64,000 bases of DNA from NCBI RefSeq assembly GCF_009914755.1, contig NC_060942.1, one strand, 5' to 3'. Of this stretch, positions 13,890 to 27,989 are shown piece by piece (position 1 is the stretch's first letter; each line of letters starts with the position of its first letter). The notes beneath the pieces are model-generated. The model had not been told where the DNA came from and did no database searches. It saw nothing but the letters and a program-made list of their open reading frames with translations. The stretch is from the human T2T-CHM13v2.0 reference genome, Homo sapiens. The position numbers and the translations under genes are program-made.

Positions 13890-14180
13890 TTTTTTTTCTC
13901 TCTCTCTTTTGAGACAGGATCTTGCTCTGTTACCCAGGCTGGAAGACAGTGGTGTGGACACAGCTCACTATGGCCTGGACCGTCCTGGGATGAAGCGATC
14001 CTCCCACCTCAGCCTCCCAAGTAGCTAGATCTATAGACACATGCCACTATGCCAGGCTAATTATTTTATTTTTTTGTAGAGATGGGGTCTCACTTTTTTG
14101 CTCAGGTTGGTCCCAAACTCCTGGTCTCAAGTGATCCTCCTGCCTCAGCCTCCCAAAGTGCTGGGATTACCACTGTGCCT
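13890..14180 (-). mobile_element. Alu (AluJ)
   Basis: J-type dimer; TSD TAAAGTCTATTTTT. Confidence 0.95.
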
Positions 14181-14224
14181 AAAGTCTATTTTTTTTTTTC
14201 TTTAAGGATCTCTTAACATCTTTG

Positions 14225-15120
14225 AGAAGAGTATCTTGTATGAATTGTAGAGACGCATGATAGAAGTCAGGAAGAGTGGCTGGGTTGAGGGAGGCTTTTT
14301 ATTGCAATAATCCAGGTGTCAGGGGACAAGAAGCAGGACTAGGACATTAATAGCTGGGATGGAGAGATTAGGGAACTTTCGAAAGCAAATGGAGGAAAGG
14401 GTAAAGTCAGGGTGTGGTAGCTAGTTTCTAAAGATTGTTCCCAGTGAACCACACCCAGTAGTGTTGTCTCACATTGATTCTGGACTGGGCCATTCAAACT
14501 GAGGGAATGAGGCAAGATGGTACTACGTTGACTTCTCATGACTTCCAAGGCTAGGTTGGAGGAAGGTTTGCCTGGGCCTCTTGGAATGAGAACCCAGCTC
14601 TCACGCCGTGAGAAGCCCAAACCACCCAGCTGAGCTCCTAGCTACCAGCCAGCATCACCCACCAGCCACAGGAGTGAGCCATCTTGGGCAGCTAGTCCAG
14701 CTGAGCCATGAGATGACGGCAGCCCCAGACAACATCTGTCCTTAATGACCTAAGATAACCCAACAAGAACTACCTGCCTGAGCCAATGGACCTCCAGAAT
14801 CAGGAAGGACAGTAAGAAATTGCTGCACCACTGAGTTTTGGGGAGGTTTATTTTGTAGCATTAAAGAGCCAGAACACAGAGAACACACCAGGTTGTGCTT
14901 GAGTGACTGGAGGGAAGGTGATATTATTAACTGAGGTAGACAATGTGGGAGAAAGAATAGGTTTGGTGGGGTAAATAGGTTTTGTTTTGGACTTCGAGAT
15001 GCCTGAGGTACTTCTAGATGTAGTTCCTTGGTAGACATCTGTATGTACAAATCCAAAAGCCAATGAAGAGATCTAGGCTGAAGATGGAGGTCTGGAAGAC
15101 ATCAGCATATAGCCCTGAGT
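14225..15120 (-). mobile_element. L2 fragment interrupted by an MLT1 LTR
   Basis: GGAGGCT..ATTGCAATAATCCAGG; GTTTTGGAC..GAGATGCCTG..AGAGATCTAGGCTGAAGAT..CATCAGCATATAG. Confidence 0.7.
14413..14876 (+). mobile_element. MLT1H-like MaLR LTR
   Basis: TGTGGTAG start; GCCGTGAGAAGCCCA, CAGCCAGCATCA, GAGCCATCTTGG; ends CACTGAGTTTTGGGG..CCAGAACA. Confidence 0.8.
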
Positions 15121-15169
15121 GCATCACCCTACCCAAAAAGTAGGACTACCCCTTCTGTAAAGATTAGTC

Positions 15170-15422
15170 CAAACAGCACTTCCTCTATGGAGAATCCATT
15201 GGCATTGGTTTCTAAAAACCAGCTATTCTTTTCCCAATAATTTGGTAGTTCTTTGGCAATATCTTATCTACATCTCTTACCACACTACCCTATAATGATA
15301 TATTTACATGTCTGTCTTCCCCAGTAACTTGTAAGGTGACCCGAGATAGGACTGTAATTTAATCATGTGTCTCATCATTCCCAAAAGCAAGTAGACCTTC
15401 AATAGATGAATGAACAAATGAA
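15170..15422 (+). mobile_element. L2 3' end
   Basis: TTTACATGTCTGTCTTCCCC..TGTAAG..TCAATAGATGAATGAACAAATGAA. Confidence 0.6.
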
Positions 15423-16789
15423 GATTAATAGGGATTAGTTGTTCATATCTTACTGAACAAGCTAATTTCTTACCAAGCTAAAACTAGAAAATAACTTACT
15501 ATGTGATTAACATTCTAAAAAGAATGTTTATTTACCTATATATTTCACCCTTCTTTTAGACTTACTCCTCTCCAGAGGTTATTTCTAATTACACAAATTT
15601 ATCTTCTATTTGATATTTAAATTGGGAGAGATTTTACAGATCATATTTTGAAGATACTCTTCTTTTTGTATGATTGAGTAGTTGGCGGGAAAAAAAAAAA
15701 GGGAATGCCTTAAGATTCTGTGAATTAAAGAGAGTTATGGGTTTTTCTCTTTACCCAATAAGGGATTTCAAGTAAATTAAACAGCTTTAGGCACTCCTTT
15801 GACTATTTTAGAAAATAATGAAAACAATTTTACTCTAAAACCTTTGATTTTTACACCATGGACTGCAATGCACTTTTTTAAACCCAATAAACATCATTAA
15901 TTTATTTAGACTTTGGAAGAGTCAGTGTAAGAATTTAAATCATAGGCCCATAGGCTACCCTATAATTTTAGTTTTCTATCCTTCTCATGAGTAAAGAAAA
16001 CAGCTGTGTTTATCCATTCATGGCTGACAAAATCCCTTTGTTGGTACTGACTATCAAAGTTACTTGTATAAACGCAAAATCTGGCAGCATGTTAATTTCA
16101 AATTATCACATGTACTTGAATGAATCTTTAGAGCAAGAACTGCCAATTTTAAAGGGCTACTGAAAGTACTAAAATATTTATCAGACAAGAGGTCTGCCAA
16201 GAGCTTTCAGGGCCCAACTGCTTCCTCAAATTACACACTAGACATAGAAGATTAGGGGAATGTTAATAGAATGAGATTATTAGTTGTGTAGATACTTTGC
16301 TTGAAATCTGAACTGCTGAAATTAGATTGGGAGCAGCTAGCCTCATCCAAGGTTAGGGGTTGATGAGGAAGTGCCTTTCTAGAACAAGCAAAATTCTGAA
16401 TACTGGTTCATGATCACTATCACTGCCAAGCTAGCCAGACTTTTGATTGGAAGACTGGAAGAAAAGAGAAACTGGTAAGGATTCTAAGGAAACTCCTGAA
16501 AAGCCGTTTCACTTGTAAAGACTGGGCTTTTGGTGGACTCATTTATTCAGCAGATAAAGATTAAGTGCTGATGCTACCATCTCTATGAAAGCAGTCCCCT
16601 CGAGGCCCATGGTGTTCGGGTTAGTTTTTGTTTTCGTTTTTAATTAGGAACAAAGCTACTTGCAAAACAGTAAGTTTTATCATCGTCCATGATATGACTC
16701 CTGCCAGTCTTCCCAATTCAAACCAGACTCTCTCTTTAAGCTCTCCAACCTTGCCACACCACCCACTTTTTTCCAATCCTACTCTTCGA

Positions 16790-16968
16790 TCCATGGTTCT
16801 ACCCTTGACTGCAAATTAGAGGTATGTGAGAAGTCTTAAAAACAGACAATGCCTGGGCCCACCCTTAAAGGTTCCAATTACTCTGCTCAGGGGTGAGGCC
16901 CAAGCAGGAGTATGTTTTGAAGTTCCTCAGGTGATTCTGGATGTGCAGCCAGAGTGGAAAGGCACCGC
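16790..16968. mobile_element. MER5A hAT-Charlie MITE
   Basis: TGGTTCT..CTGCAAATTAGA..ATGCCTGGGCCCACCC..CAGGTGATTCTGGATGTGCAGCCAG. Confidence 0.85.
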
Positions 16969-17019
16969 CTTAACTCCCTGCCGCCTCCCTGGAAGCGCTT
17001 CCCCGCCCCTCCTCCCCAT

Positions 17020-17275
17020 CTCAGTCAATCTTTCAAGCTTCTACTCAACATTCCCAAGCATCGCCTCACCTGTAAGTCATTTCCTGACTCCCCCAGGAAG
17101 AGAAGCATCCTTCTCCCTTGTGGCCATCTATGCACTCAGCATAGTTTCATCACAGCACCTGGTGTAAATTTTTTTAGGGACAGGTCTCTCTGCTTCCACT
17201 GGAGTTTGAGTTTATGAGGGACAGGTTCATCTCTGTAACCCCCGTGTCAATAAATGTTGCTAGAAGGAATGAGTG
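17020..17275 (+). mobile_element. L2 3' end
   Basis: TTCCTGACTCCCCCAG..TGAGGGACAGG..TCATCTCTGTA..TCAATAAATGTTGCTAGAAGGAATGA. Confidence 0.65.
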
Positions 17276-17554
17276 ACAAATATTAACTACTTTTAGAACT
17301 CCATCTTCTCTGGTTTAAATCTCCAGAATCCCTTGGGGCAATATTTCCAAAACTACTGCTATTCCAAAGACCCATAAATTCTCTAAATTCCCTAAATTCC
17401 CTACTGCAGACCTGGAGTGGAGATAGGAGATAGTGTGGCTGTGAGAGGGACTGTGCAAGGCAAGGCTGTAAAATTTCACCATTAGGCCCAACTGTTAGGA
17501 CACACTCCCTCAGGGTCTTTGTAGTCCACTCTGGTATTCTGAAAATAACAATGA

Positions 17555-18510
17555 CAAAAATATCTGTGTATCAGACACTGTTCTAAGGTCTTTACATAGA
17601 TCTTCATTTCATCCTCATAACAATGAGGTTTTAGATACCATTCGGTATCTAGCATTTGGTATTTGCTAGATACTAATAATATCCTCATTTTAAAGTTAAA
17701 GAAATTGACACTAAACTACCTGCTTTACCTATATAGCTCTGCATTTGCAACAACACTGCAAGAAAGTGAAGCTGATGATACAGGAGGTAGAAAGAAATTA
17801 TTTAGGCAGATAGTGAGAGCCCAAGAGTCCTCAGCAGAGCTTCCCCTCTAACAAAAAGCAGCCCTCAAAATCATTTCTTTTCATAACAAAGAGAAGCCTG
17901 AAAAATTGAGTTGCAAACATAGATACATAGATACACAAGATGGAAGCTGTCACAGGGGAATGACGGCAGCTGTGCCAATAGAAAAGGAAAAGGACTACCT
18001 GGGGGCGGCCATGTCCAACATGGAGGCTCCATCTTCTCTTTTTTTGTTATCACGTGTACAGTAATAAAGAAATGGGCAACATGGTGCACCTCAGGCAGAG
18101 ACGCGCCTGGATAATAAAAAAAGGTTAGGATGGGGGATACCAGAGATTCGTGCCCTATGCAAATAGCACAACTGGTCTAACCAGTCTTTCTTGCCCTTTC
18201 TTGCCTATGTAGATCAGACACCGCCTCCCCACCAGCTCATCTATAAAACCTCCTGCATTTCACCGCGGATCCGGCAACCCATTTTTCTGAGACCCCTCTC
18301 TGCAGCAGAGAACTCTTCTCTTTCTTTTGCCTATTAAACTTCCGCTCTCAACCTCAATCTTTATGTGTCCTCATTATTGTTCTCCGTGGCCATGAGAAAA
18401 TGAACCTCGGGTGTGACTCCAGACAATGAGGCTGTTTCACTTAGAGGTCAAACAACTTGCCCAAAGACATGTGGCTATTAAGTGGAATCAAACCCAGCTC
18501 TGCCACTTAC
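17555..18510 (-). mobile_element. MIR split by the LTR insertion
   Basis: CAGACACTGTTCTAAG..TCATCCTCATAACAA on the left; GAGGTCAAACAACTTGCCCAAAG on the right. Confidence 0.7.
17776..18439 (+). mobile_element. Solo ERV1 LTR, MER50-like
   Basis: TG..CA termini; GAAATTATTTAGGCAGATAGTGAG start; TATA (CTATAAAA) and ATTAAA polyA signal; 4-bp flanks CTGA/CTTA. Confidence 0.85.
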
Positions 18511-19176
18511 TCGTTTAAATGGTCAGAAAGCACTGTTTTATGGATTTTAATAACTTCTTATGTCTGTGAGATTATTTTGTCTGCAAATAATAGAAAAACA
18601 CAATTTGGATCCATATAAACCATCAAGAAATGTATTCTTTTCCATAGGAAGTCCGGAGATAGGGTAGCCCCAGTCATGATGTGGTAGGCACTTCAGCTTC
18701 CTTCTCTACCTCTGCTGTTTCCCTTATATGGTGCAGGTTGAATCCTCTCCCTAGATGGCCATTGAGATCCTAGTCATCACATCCAGACACATCAACAGGC
18801 CTTTTCCTAACTGAGCATTTCCAAGGGCACGGGAGAGCCATGAGCAGCCAGAGGAGCTGAATAGGTGCTGCAGAGCCAATCACTGTCTCCCTTATTCCTT
18901 ATACTCACAGAGCATGCTTGACTTTTCAGAGTACTTTCATGGTGATTATCACTTTCAATTTTCACGATGACCTATGTGAAATGTGAGTTTTGGATTATCC
19001 TCACAGGTGGATTTGTTTGCAGGAAAAGAATATTTAATTTAAATGGTTATATTAGTATTCAGTATATTAAGATACAAATCTCACAATCTAATACTTCCTT
19101 AGGTTTTTAAGTCCACCTTACAAATTCTGTTTTTTTAAGTTGGGTGAATTTGGTAATCACCTTACAGAGAACTTTG

Positions 19177-19493
19177 TTTTCTGTTTTTGTTTGTTTCTTT
19201 TCTTTTGTTTTGAGACAGAGTCTCGCTCTGTTGGGCAGGCTGAAGTGCAGTGGCATGATCTCAGCTTGCTGCAAACTCCACCTCTGGGATTCAAGTGATT
19301 CTCCTGCCTCAGCCTCCTGAGTAGCTGGGATTTCAGGCATGCACCACTATGCCAGGCTAATTTTTGCATTTTTAGTAGAGATGGGGTTTCACCATTTTGC
19401 CAAGGCTGGTCTTGAACTCCTGACTTCAAGTGTTCCACCCACCTCGGCATCCCAAAGTGCTGGGATTATAGGTATGAGCCACTGAATCCTGCC
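19177..19493 (-). mobile_element. Alu (AluS)
   Basis: Dimer; TSD TACAGAGAACTTTG. Confidence 0.96.
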
Positions 19494-20460
19494 TACAGAG
19501 AACTTTGATTAAAACTTGGTCCTATTTATAAACAAAATCAAATATTTTAGAACCTTTTATACTGCACTTATAAATTTAATTCATATTTAATTTTATTAAA
19601 CAATTATCTGACTTAATAAATGAAACATTCCTGAGCACTAAATAATTCTTTTAAATTTGATATGGTCAATTAAACTGATAATATGTTGAACATGAAATTC
19701 TCTTAAATAATTAAGACCTGGATATAAACTTACACATATCAGAATCAATTATGTATTTGTGTATTTTAAAATGGATTTAGAATAATTCAATCATCTTAAA
19801 ACATGATAAGTTTATAAAACATCAAATATGTATAAACTCCTTAACCCCAAAATACAAATACGGTGAGTTTTGTTCTCAAAGCTTATTTGGGTAAGGCACT
19901 TCCCACTCAGGCTACAATTTTCCCACGTAACTATAGCTTGAGGTTGCCCAACCACCAAATATTTTGGCCAGGAGGCTGAGTTCTTTGGTAACTAAATGAA
20001 TTCTATTTGTGGTTGCTATGTCAATTACTCCTTAATTTCAGAAGAGGGATAGGTCAAGTAGCCCAAAACCAAGACCCTTCTGATTCTCTCAGAAGAGTTT
20101 ACCCCACTCACATCACTTGATTGGATTTGCATCTCTTTGGCAAAGATGTGTAAATGTTGTCCTTGTTCCTTTAAAGAACTTTGAATTTGCTCGATTCCTA
20201 CATTTATTCTTACTCTTAGGATTTCATAACTCTTATAGGGTATTAAAATAACATCCAATTGATTCTGAGTTTGTCGATTAGTTTACAACTTGCAAGGTAA
20301 TTCAACTGACATACTTTAGGCTATACGAGCTGTCTGGAAATCATGTGGTTGGGCTCTTAACTGTATGGGGTACTTTTCTCTCAGAGCAAACCTTCTATGG
20401 GCCATAACTCTTGCCTCTGGTTAGAGAACGGTCATTTGCCCAACTTGCAAAGTTGGCCAA

Positions 20461-21272
20461 TGAAAAGAGTAGTAGCCCTCCAAAGTGGTATAAAAATTAG
20501 AAACATCTGAAATCTGTAACTACAAAAATAAACATTATGTAAACTTAAGCAGAGCCTCCTGAATTACAGCTGCTATGATCCCCCTCTGAGGGAGTTTCTT
20601 GACTGGGAGAAGACTGGCCCTAGCATCAGCAAGTAAGAATTCTGCTACCCATCAGCATAATAAAGGCTAACAGAACCTTCTCTACTTTCCCATTGAAGCC
20701 CAAACCCTACTCCCACTTTTTGTTAAGTTGGTATATAATTCTTTACCTCTGAGTATTCAGGGAGTTACTCAGTAATGAGTACTCCCACATGCGCATGTAA
20801 ATAAACATTGTATTTTATTTTCTCCTGCTAATCTGTCTATTGTAAGTTAATTCTCAGGCTCCCAACATTTTGCCAGTCAGTGGCAAAAAGTCTGTTTTCA
20901 CGCTGCTAACAAAGACATACCTGAGAGTGGGTAATTTATAAAGAAAAAGAGATTTAATGGACTCACAGTTCCACGTGGCTGGGGAGGCCTCACTCATGGT
21001 GGAAGATGAAAGGCACATCTTACATGGCAGCAAGACAAAAAGAGAATGAGAACCAAGCAAAAAGGGGCTCCCCTTTATTAAAACCATCAGATCTCATGAG
21101 ACTTATTCACTACCATGAGAACAGTCTGAGGGAAACTGCCCCCATGATTCAATTATCTCCCACCGGGTCCCTCCCACAACACATGGGAATTATGGGAGCT
21201 ACAAATCAAGATGGGATGTGGGTGGGGACACAGCCAACCCGTATCAGTGGATAAACAAAGTTTCTTCTCTAC
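20461..21272 (+). repeat. 5' LTR of the ERV1 relic (contains a THE1 insertion)
   Basis: Starts TGAAAAG and ends CTCTACA; homologous to 27990-28812. Confidence 0.8.
20885..21247 (-). mobile_element. THE1C-like MaLR LTR
   Basis: GACATACCTGAGAGTGGGTAATTTATAAAG..GAGAATGAGAACCAAGC..GGTGGGGACACAGCCAACCCGTATCA. Confidence 0.9.
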
Positions 21273-22798
21273 ACTTTCAGCAAGTGTAGGATGGAATGAT
21301 TAGGACTCCCCACTCAATCTACAGACAGCAGCGATCTCAGACCTCTGACCAAGCTGGTAAATGTTAACCTTCTTAAGCATTAGACTCCTGGGTCTCTGCT
21401 GGGGACCCTGTGAGTGACTCCATTTGGTGGTAAATTTGGCCACTTCCTTTCTTGTTGATAAGACTTTAATAAGGATAAAGTCATGGGACTTTAGTGGCCC
21501 TTTTGGAAAACTAAGATCTCCCCAAACTAGCTCCTCTAAAACCTCTCTCTTACCATCTCTCCTCCTCCTTTTACTGCCTCGAGTCTTCCCTTCAGCTCCT
21601 TTGACATGTCCCCTTCAAGACCCTACCTCCTCCATCCCTCTGTCTGCCCCTGTCAGATCTTTTCTTTCCCATTCCAGCCCCCCATCTCTTTACAGTCACT
21701 CAAGCTTTAGCTCTCCTCCCATCAACAGGGGCTCTTGAGGGGTTCAGGGGCCCCCAAATGCAATCATATGAGGCTAAAAAGGCTTATTGAAAATAGAATG
21801 GATGTTTCATCCACTCAGATGGGATTTGGAGACATCCACACAACCTCTTGATGTGTGCTCAGTCCCTTAGTCCACAAACTCAGTCCTAAATCTTAGTACA
21901 CAGATTCCATAAGATTACAAAAAAAAAAAAAAAATCTTAAACTCTTTCCTGTAAATATCCATGGAAAGTTTTAATCCTCATATTGAGCTGGTAATCTCAA
22001 CATATTCCATCTAATAAAAAATACAATTTGGATAAAAACATAAAGGGGAGTAAAGACAGGAACCAACTCTTGTAAACCAGTGAATTTTGTGTTACTGTGT
22101 TTACGCCTTGGGTGCTGTGACTATTGTTATAGATGGCTAAAAATTTTAGGATGAAAGCCATCAGATCTCTATTTGCTCCAGTTTGTATGCATGCATGTAT
22201 GTTATGTATATGTGATACTTTCCTATCTCTGAGTGGTATTAATAAATTAATTTCTAAAATCCCCTAAAGGAGTTCTAATTGGCTTAGACAAACAAGGGCT
22301 ATATAAATTAAAATATTCCTAAAACTTTCAGAAGTATAGAAACTAACCCAAATGTTTTTCAAGTTCATGTAATTTGGGTAAATCTTTGGTAAATAAGACT
22401 AAATTGAATTTGTTGGTTTAATAAAAACAGGTGGTATGTCTTCCAAGTTATCAGCATTAAGCATGAAACAAGTATACATTTTATTCGCCTTGGGTTTACC
22501 AGTCAAATAACCTTGTATCTGTCAGATGTTTAAGATTAAAAAACTATAAACTTAACCTAAAGAACAAATGTACGAGTAAAGATGCGATAAAAATGAATTG
22601 CATGATATCCATTATTTCTTGTATATGAAGCACAGAAAAAAAGTATTTAACTTTTTAAATTTTAGTTTTATTTATTTTAGGTTATTTGCTTTTTTGATTT
22701 TTTTGATAATTGCCTAAAATAAGTTAACATGAAATAAGTTAACAGAAAAATAACTTGAGATGATGGGTAGCTTTGTTTAATGTCTTAAGAAATTTTCA

Positions 22799-23108
22799 GG
22801 CTGGGTGCAATGGCGTGCACGCCTGTAATGCCAGCACTTTGGGAGGCCAAGGCTGGTGGAGCACTTCAGACCAAGAGTTTGAGACCAGCCTGGGTAACAT
22901 GGCAAAACCCCATCTCTATAAAAAATACAAAAATTAGCTGGGCATGGAGCTGTGTGCCTGTAGTCCCAGCTACTCAGGGGGCTGAGCTGGGAGGATACCT
23001 GAGCCAGGGAGGTACAGGTTGCAATGAGCTGAGGTAGCGCCACTGCACTCCAGCTTGGGTGACAGAGTGAGACCCTGTCTAAAACAAAACAAAACAAAAC
23101 AAAAAAAT
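22799..23108 (+). mobile_element. Alu (AluJ)
   Basis: Dimer with (AAAAC)n tail. Confidence 0.95.
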
Positions 23109-23113
23109 TTTAG

Positions 23114-23368
23114 TGAGGCATGGTGGCTCATGCCTGTAATCCCAGAACCTTGGGAAAAGAAGTTCCAACTTGAAGCCAGGAGTTCAATACCAGCCCGGCA
23201 TTACATGCCTGTAGTCCTAGCTACTCAGGAGGTTGTGGTGGGAGAATCACTTGAGCCCAGGAGTTCAAGGCTTGCTGCAGTGAGCCATGATCCCACCACT
23301 ATACTCCAGCCTGGGTAACAGAGCAAGACTCTGTCTCTAAAAAAAAAAAGAAAGAAAAGAAGAAAAAA
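23114..23368 (+). mobile_element. Alu (AluJ), internally deleted
   Basis: The left arm joins the right arm without the A-rich linker. Confidence 0.9.
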
Positions 23369-23420
23369 ATTTCCATGAGCAACCCAAACAGAATTGTTAA
23401 GAATACATTTATTAAGTTGA

Positions 23421-23752
<332 letters not shown>

Positions 23753-23891
23753 TATGAATGGGCTTTTTAACAATTATGTTTTATAATACGTATGCTTTAA
23801 GATAGTTTCAAAAACCTTTTTGGTGACTTGCAACCTTAGAGTTATGCTAATGAATAGATATTCTTTAAAAATCTATACCATTTCTAAGTAA

Positions 23892-24251
<360 letters not shown>

Positions 24252-24557
24252 CTTGATTTCTTATTTTTACAAAGAGACTAAAGATACTTGGATCTGTAAA
24301 TAAACATTTTTTTTATCACACTGAAAAATTGTATTATGAAGAGGCATATACGAATTATGAAATGATGTATTCATAAACTGCTAGCCTGCTACGGAATGTT
24401 GGAATATGACAGACAATTCACAATTGTCTACTTTTCACTACTGTCTAGTTTTCTCTATAAAAGGAAGGTTACTAATGATAAAAATTAATTATAACTAATA
24501 TAAGTAAATTAAACTACTAAAAATAATAACAGTGAAGGGAAACAAACACAAGGAAGG

Positions 24558-24857
24558 GGCTGGGCATAGTGGCTCATGCCTGTAATCCTAGCACTTTGGG
24601 AGGCTGAGGCCAGAGACTCACTTGAGTCCAGGAGTTCAAGACCAGCCTGGGCAACACAGCAAGACCCTACCTCTTAAAAAAGAAAATTAGTCGGCTGTGG
24701 TGGTGCATGCCTGTAGTCCTAGCTACTCAAGAGGCTGAGAAAGGAGGATTGCTTGAGCCCAGGAGGTTAAGGCTGCAGTGAGCCAAGATTGCACCACTGC
24801 ACTCCAGCCTGGGTGACAGAGCGAGACTCCGTCTCAAAATAAATAAATAAAATAAAA
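24558..24857 (+). mobile_element. Alu (AluJ)
   Basis: Dimer with (AAAT)n tail. Confidence 0.95.
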
Positions 24858-25180
24858 TGAGCTTTAGTATTAATAGTACCCAAATGCGAAACTAGAGTTT
24901 GATTTTCAATCTTTCTTAAAATGACAAAAATTTCTTGGATTATTGGTCTGCTCTTAATAAAATACTGTAAAAAGTTTTTCTTACCTTTTAAGTAATCTAC
25001 CCATAAAACAAAGATTCTATGCCTTAGCACGATAATTTTCTATGTTGTCTTTATGGTGTCCTCAATTATTTAAGGGAACCAAACCTCATTTTTAAAAGAG
25101 CTAAGATTTCCCTTACAATCATGTTACCTCCTATATTTACCTTTGAAATCTTTATCACTTTGATTAAATAGGTAACTAAG

Positions 25181-25326
25181 TACAGCTCCTAACTTATGAT
25201 GGTTAAATTTACAATTTTTTGACTTTATGATAGTGTGAAGGTAAAACACATTTAATATGCTCCTTGACTTACTACGATGAGATTACATCTGGATAAACCC
25301 ATTGTAAGCTGAAAATATGGTAAGTC
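25181..25326. mobile_element. Tigger4-family fragments
   Basis: ATGCTCCTTGACTTAC..GATAAACCCATTGTAAGCTGAAAATAT, similar to the copy at 1560. Confidence 0.7.
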
Positions 25327-26536
25327 TGTTGTTTTGCAGTGATCTGTCATCCTATTTAATCAAGTAGAAATGCAAAATTTATCTTTTCTTCTCAAACATT
25401 TTGACATTTTACACCTCATATGTATTGCCTTCCAATATTCAAATCCTAGATAAAATTTTAATCTCAATTGACTTTGAGATTTTCCAGAGGCCTTCTGGAA
25501 AATCTTAAATAATCTGTTATTTTACATAATAAAAAGAGAGCAATTTTTTAAAATTAGTTTTTTTTTATATGTTGAATTGCATGAAAAGCATTGTCAGGGA
25601 AGAAGAGATGCTTAACCTTCCCTAATTATATTCATGTGGGTAAATATTATTACTATAACTATTTCAGAAGTTATATAAAATTCCTAGAAGTTTGGCAATG
25701 CCCTCACAGTACATGACGTGTCCTGGTAATGTCATCCCTGCTATTAGACAACCACAGTATAATATTATCGGTGGCAACTTCGGTTATTATGTTAAATGTT
25801 GTATGCCAGAAACAACCAAATTCTCTTCTCAAATTGCATTATTTTTATAATGAACTCTCATCAGATTTTTAACCATGGTCATTTTAAGTCTTTTGTCATC
25901 CACAGACAATTGTTTTATGTCAATGCTTTTCTAAAAGCTCTTGCCATCAACTACAGGCCAGAATGCTTCATCTTTAACAAAAGGGGACCATTTCAGATAC
26001 CCATGAAGAGGACCATGCCAGGTACTTTGGGGCACAGGCTTCTGATGGCATTGCTTAAATAACTGAAATCATATCACTGAATTGAGTAAGGGTTTCTAGA
26101 ACTCTAGTGGAGAAGCTATGGGTTCATAAAACTGCCAATCCAAGATCAGGTAGAACAAGAATTAGTTACATGGGACTAAATGAATTGAGGAAAGATAATT
26201 ACGGCTTTTGTTTGGAACATTTCTGTTTCTTTAATGTTCCATTTTCTGGATTTAAGGAATCTCTTATTCTTTTCTCATTAGTTGCCTATACTTGTAGCAA
26301 TTTAATAGATTAAATGTTTGTAACAAAATGAAAAATTTTTCTTTTCTTTCTGTCTGATCCCTCCAGAATTCATTAACTCTCAGTGAGTACTATTATTTTC
26401 ATACTTATTTGCATAAATTCAATAAGAATTTTCTGTTCTTATAACAAGGCATGATTAGAAACATTGGCTGTATAACCAAGGCTTTGACTAGTATGTCATA
26501 TTTAAGAATGATGTGCATAGAATCAGATATGATCAG

Positions 26537-26708
26537 TTTTTTTAAATTTTATTTTAGGTTCAGAGGGTACATGTGCGGATTTGTTACTTGGATAATTTGC
26601 ACGTCGCTGAGGTTTGGTGTACAAATGATCCTATCACCCCGAGTAGTGAGCATAGGACACGACAGGTAGTTTTTCAACCCTGGCCCCCCTCCCATCCTCC
26701 CGCTTCTA
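26537..26708 (-). mobile_element. L1PA15/16-like 3' end
   Basis: TTCAGAGGGTACATGTGC..GCTGAGGTTTGG..GTAGTGAGCATAG..TAGTTTTTCAACCCT. Confidence 0.85.
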
Positions 26709-27989
26709 CCAGACAGTTTTAAAAACTAAAGTTGGCTTATGGAGCCAGTGCTTACAAAGTCCTCTTGGAAAAACTGTCCCGGTACCTGACTTATAGGGTT
26801 CCCAGCCCTGAAGAGAGTAAATAAGGCCACCTTCTGGCAAGTCCAAGAAACTTAGGATATTTTGGGGACCTCAAGAAAAGAAGCATTCACCCAAATGTAT
26901 AGGTATTGCCAAAGTCTGACAGGAAGTTCCTGGCTTGGCTTCCTGGCCTCAAGAGGCTTTTAAAAGTCGAATCCGTGATTCTGTATAGAAAATTCCAGCA
27001 AAGCAAACTTTAAAAGTCTCTGAGTTCAATTACTCTTCTTGCTGCACTTATGTAAATAATCAGGCCAAGCTTAATGAGACTTGACTTGTAAACAACAATA
27101 ATCTTACTTTGATTATTTTTGATCAAAATAGGGATAGCGATTGAGAGAAATTTTATGTTTCAATAGAAAACTATCATCAAACGTTGTGAGTTACCATATT
27201 CTAGTCTTGTTCATTGCCTTTGAGGTTTTATTATCTACCTATAAACTTGACTGAATTCTGCCATTTTCTACATTTTTATCAAATTCTCATTTTTTCTAGT
27301 TTTCTTCCATATCCAGGCTCCAAATTAACATTTCCAATTTTTACTCTCACCTTTCTGACTTGGTGTTGTTGAGACCTGAAACCTGATTGCTGAGATCCTT
27401 TTTGAGACTCTAGGTTGTCTTGTGGCTGTCCTTTACCCAAAGCCCTATAAACTGAAGTTGGATGACGTGATATAAACTTCAAAGGACTCATCACTACAAC
27501 AGTGTGAGTCACTGAGGAAGTTCACCACAACACCCATATCTTCCATGATCTGATCTGGGAAGTAACCATGACTGTGACTGTAATATCTATACCGTCACCA
27601 AAAATAATGACCTGTGAACTGAGAAATCTGTCAGATTGCCACTGCTATCTTCACTCCATCATCTAATGATGCTTCAAGCCCAGTATCTAGAAATCATCTC
27701 AACTGGCTGAACTGTGGGCTCAGAAATTGGGTCTATCTTCTGCTCTCACCGTTAATCTTTGTTTTTCTTTATGTTTCCATAAAAATACCCCTCATGCCCA
27801 AGACTAGGAGATTGGTTCGACAAAATACGGTGTAGTGTGCCTACGTTAGGTCTTTGGTGCTGATTGATATTTGTTCTGATGTATGTTCCTTCCCTTTGCA
27901 GATCCTTACCTCACAAGGCCTGACCAGTGTCTTCAATAAACCCACTTCCTTGTTTGTGAAACATCTGGGGAAGTATTAAATGGGGGAAA

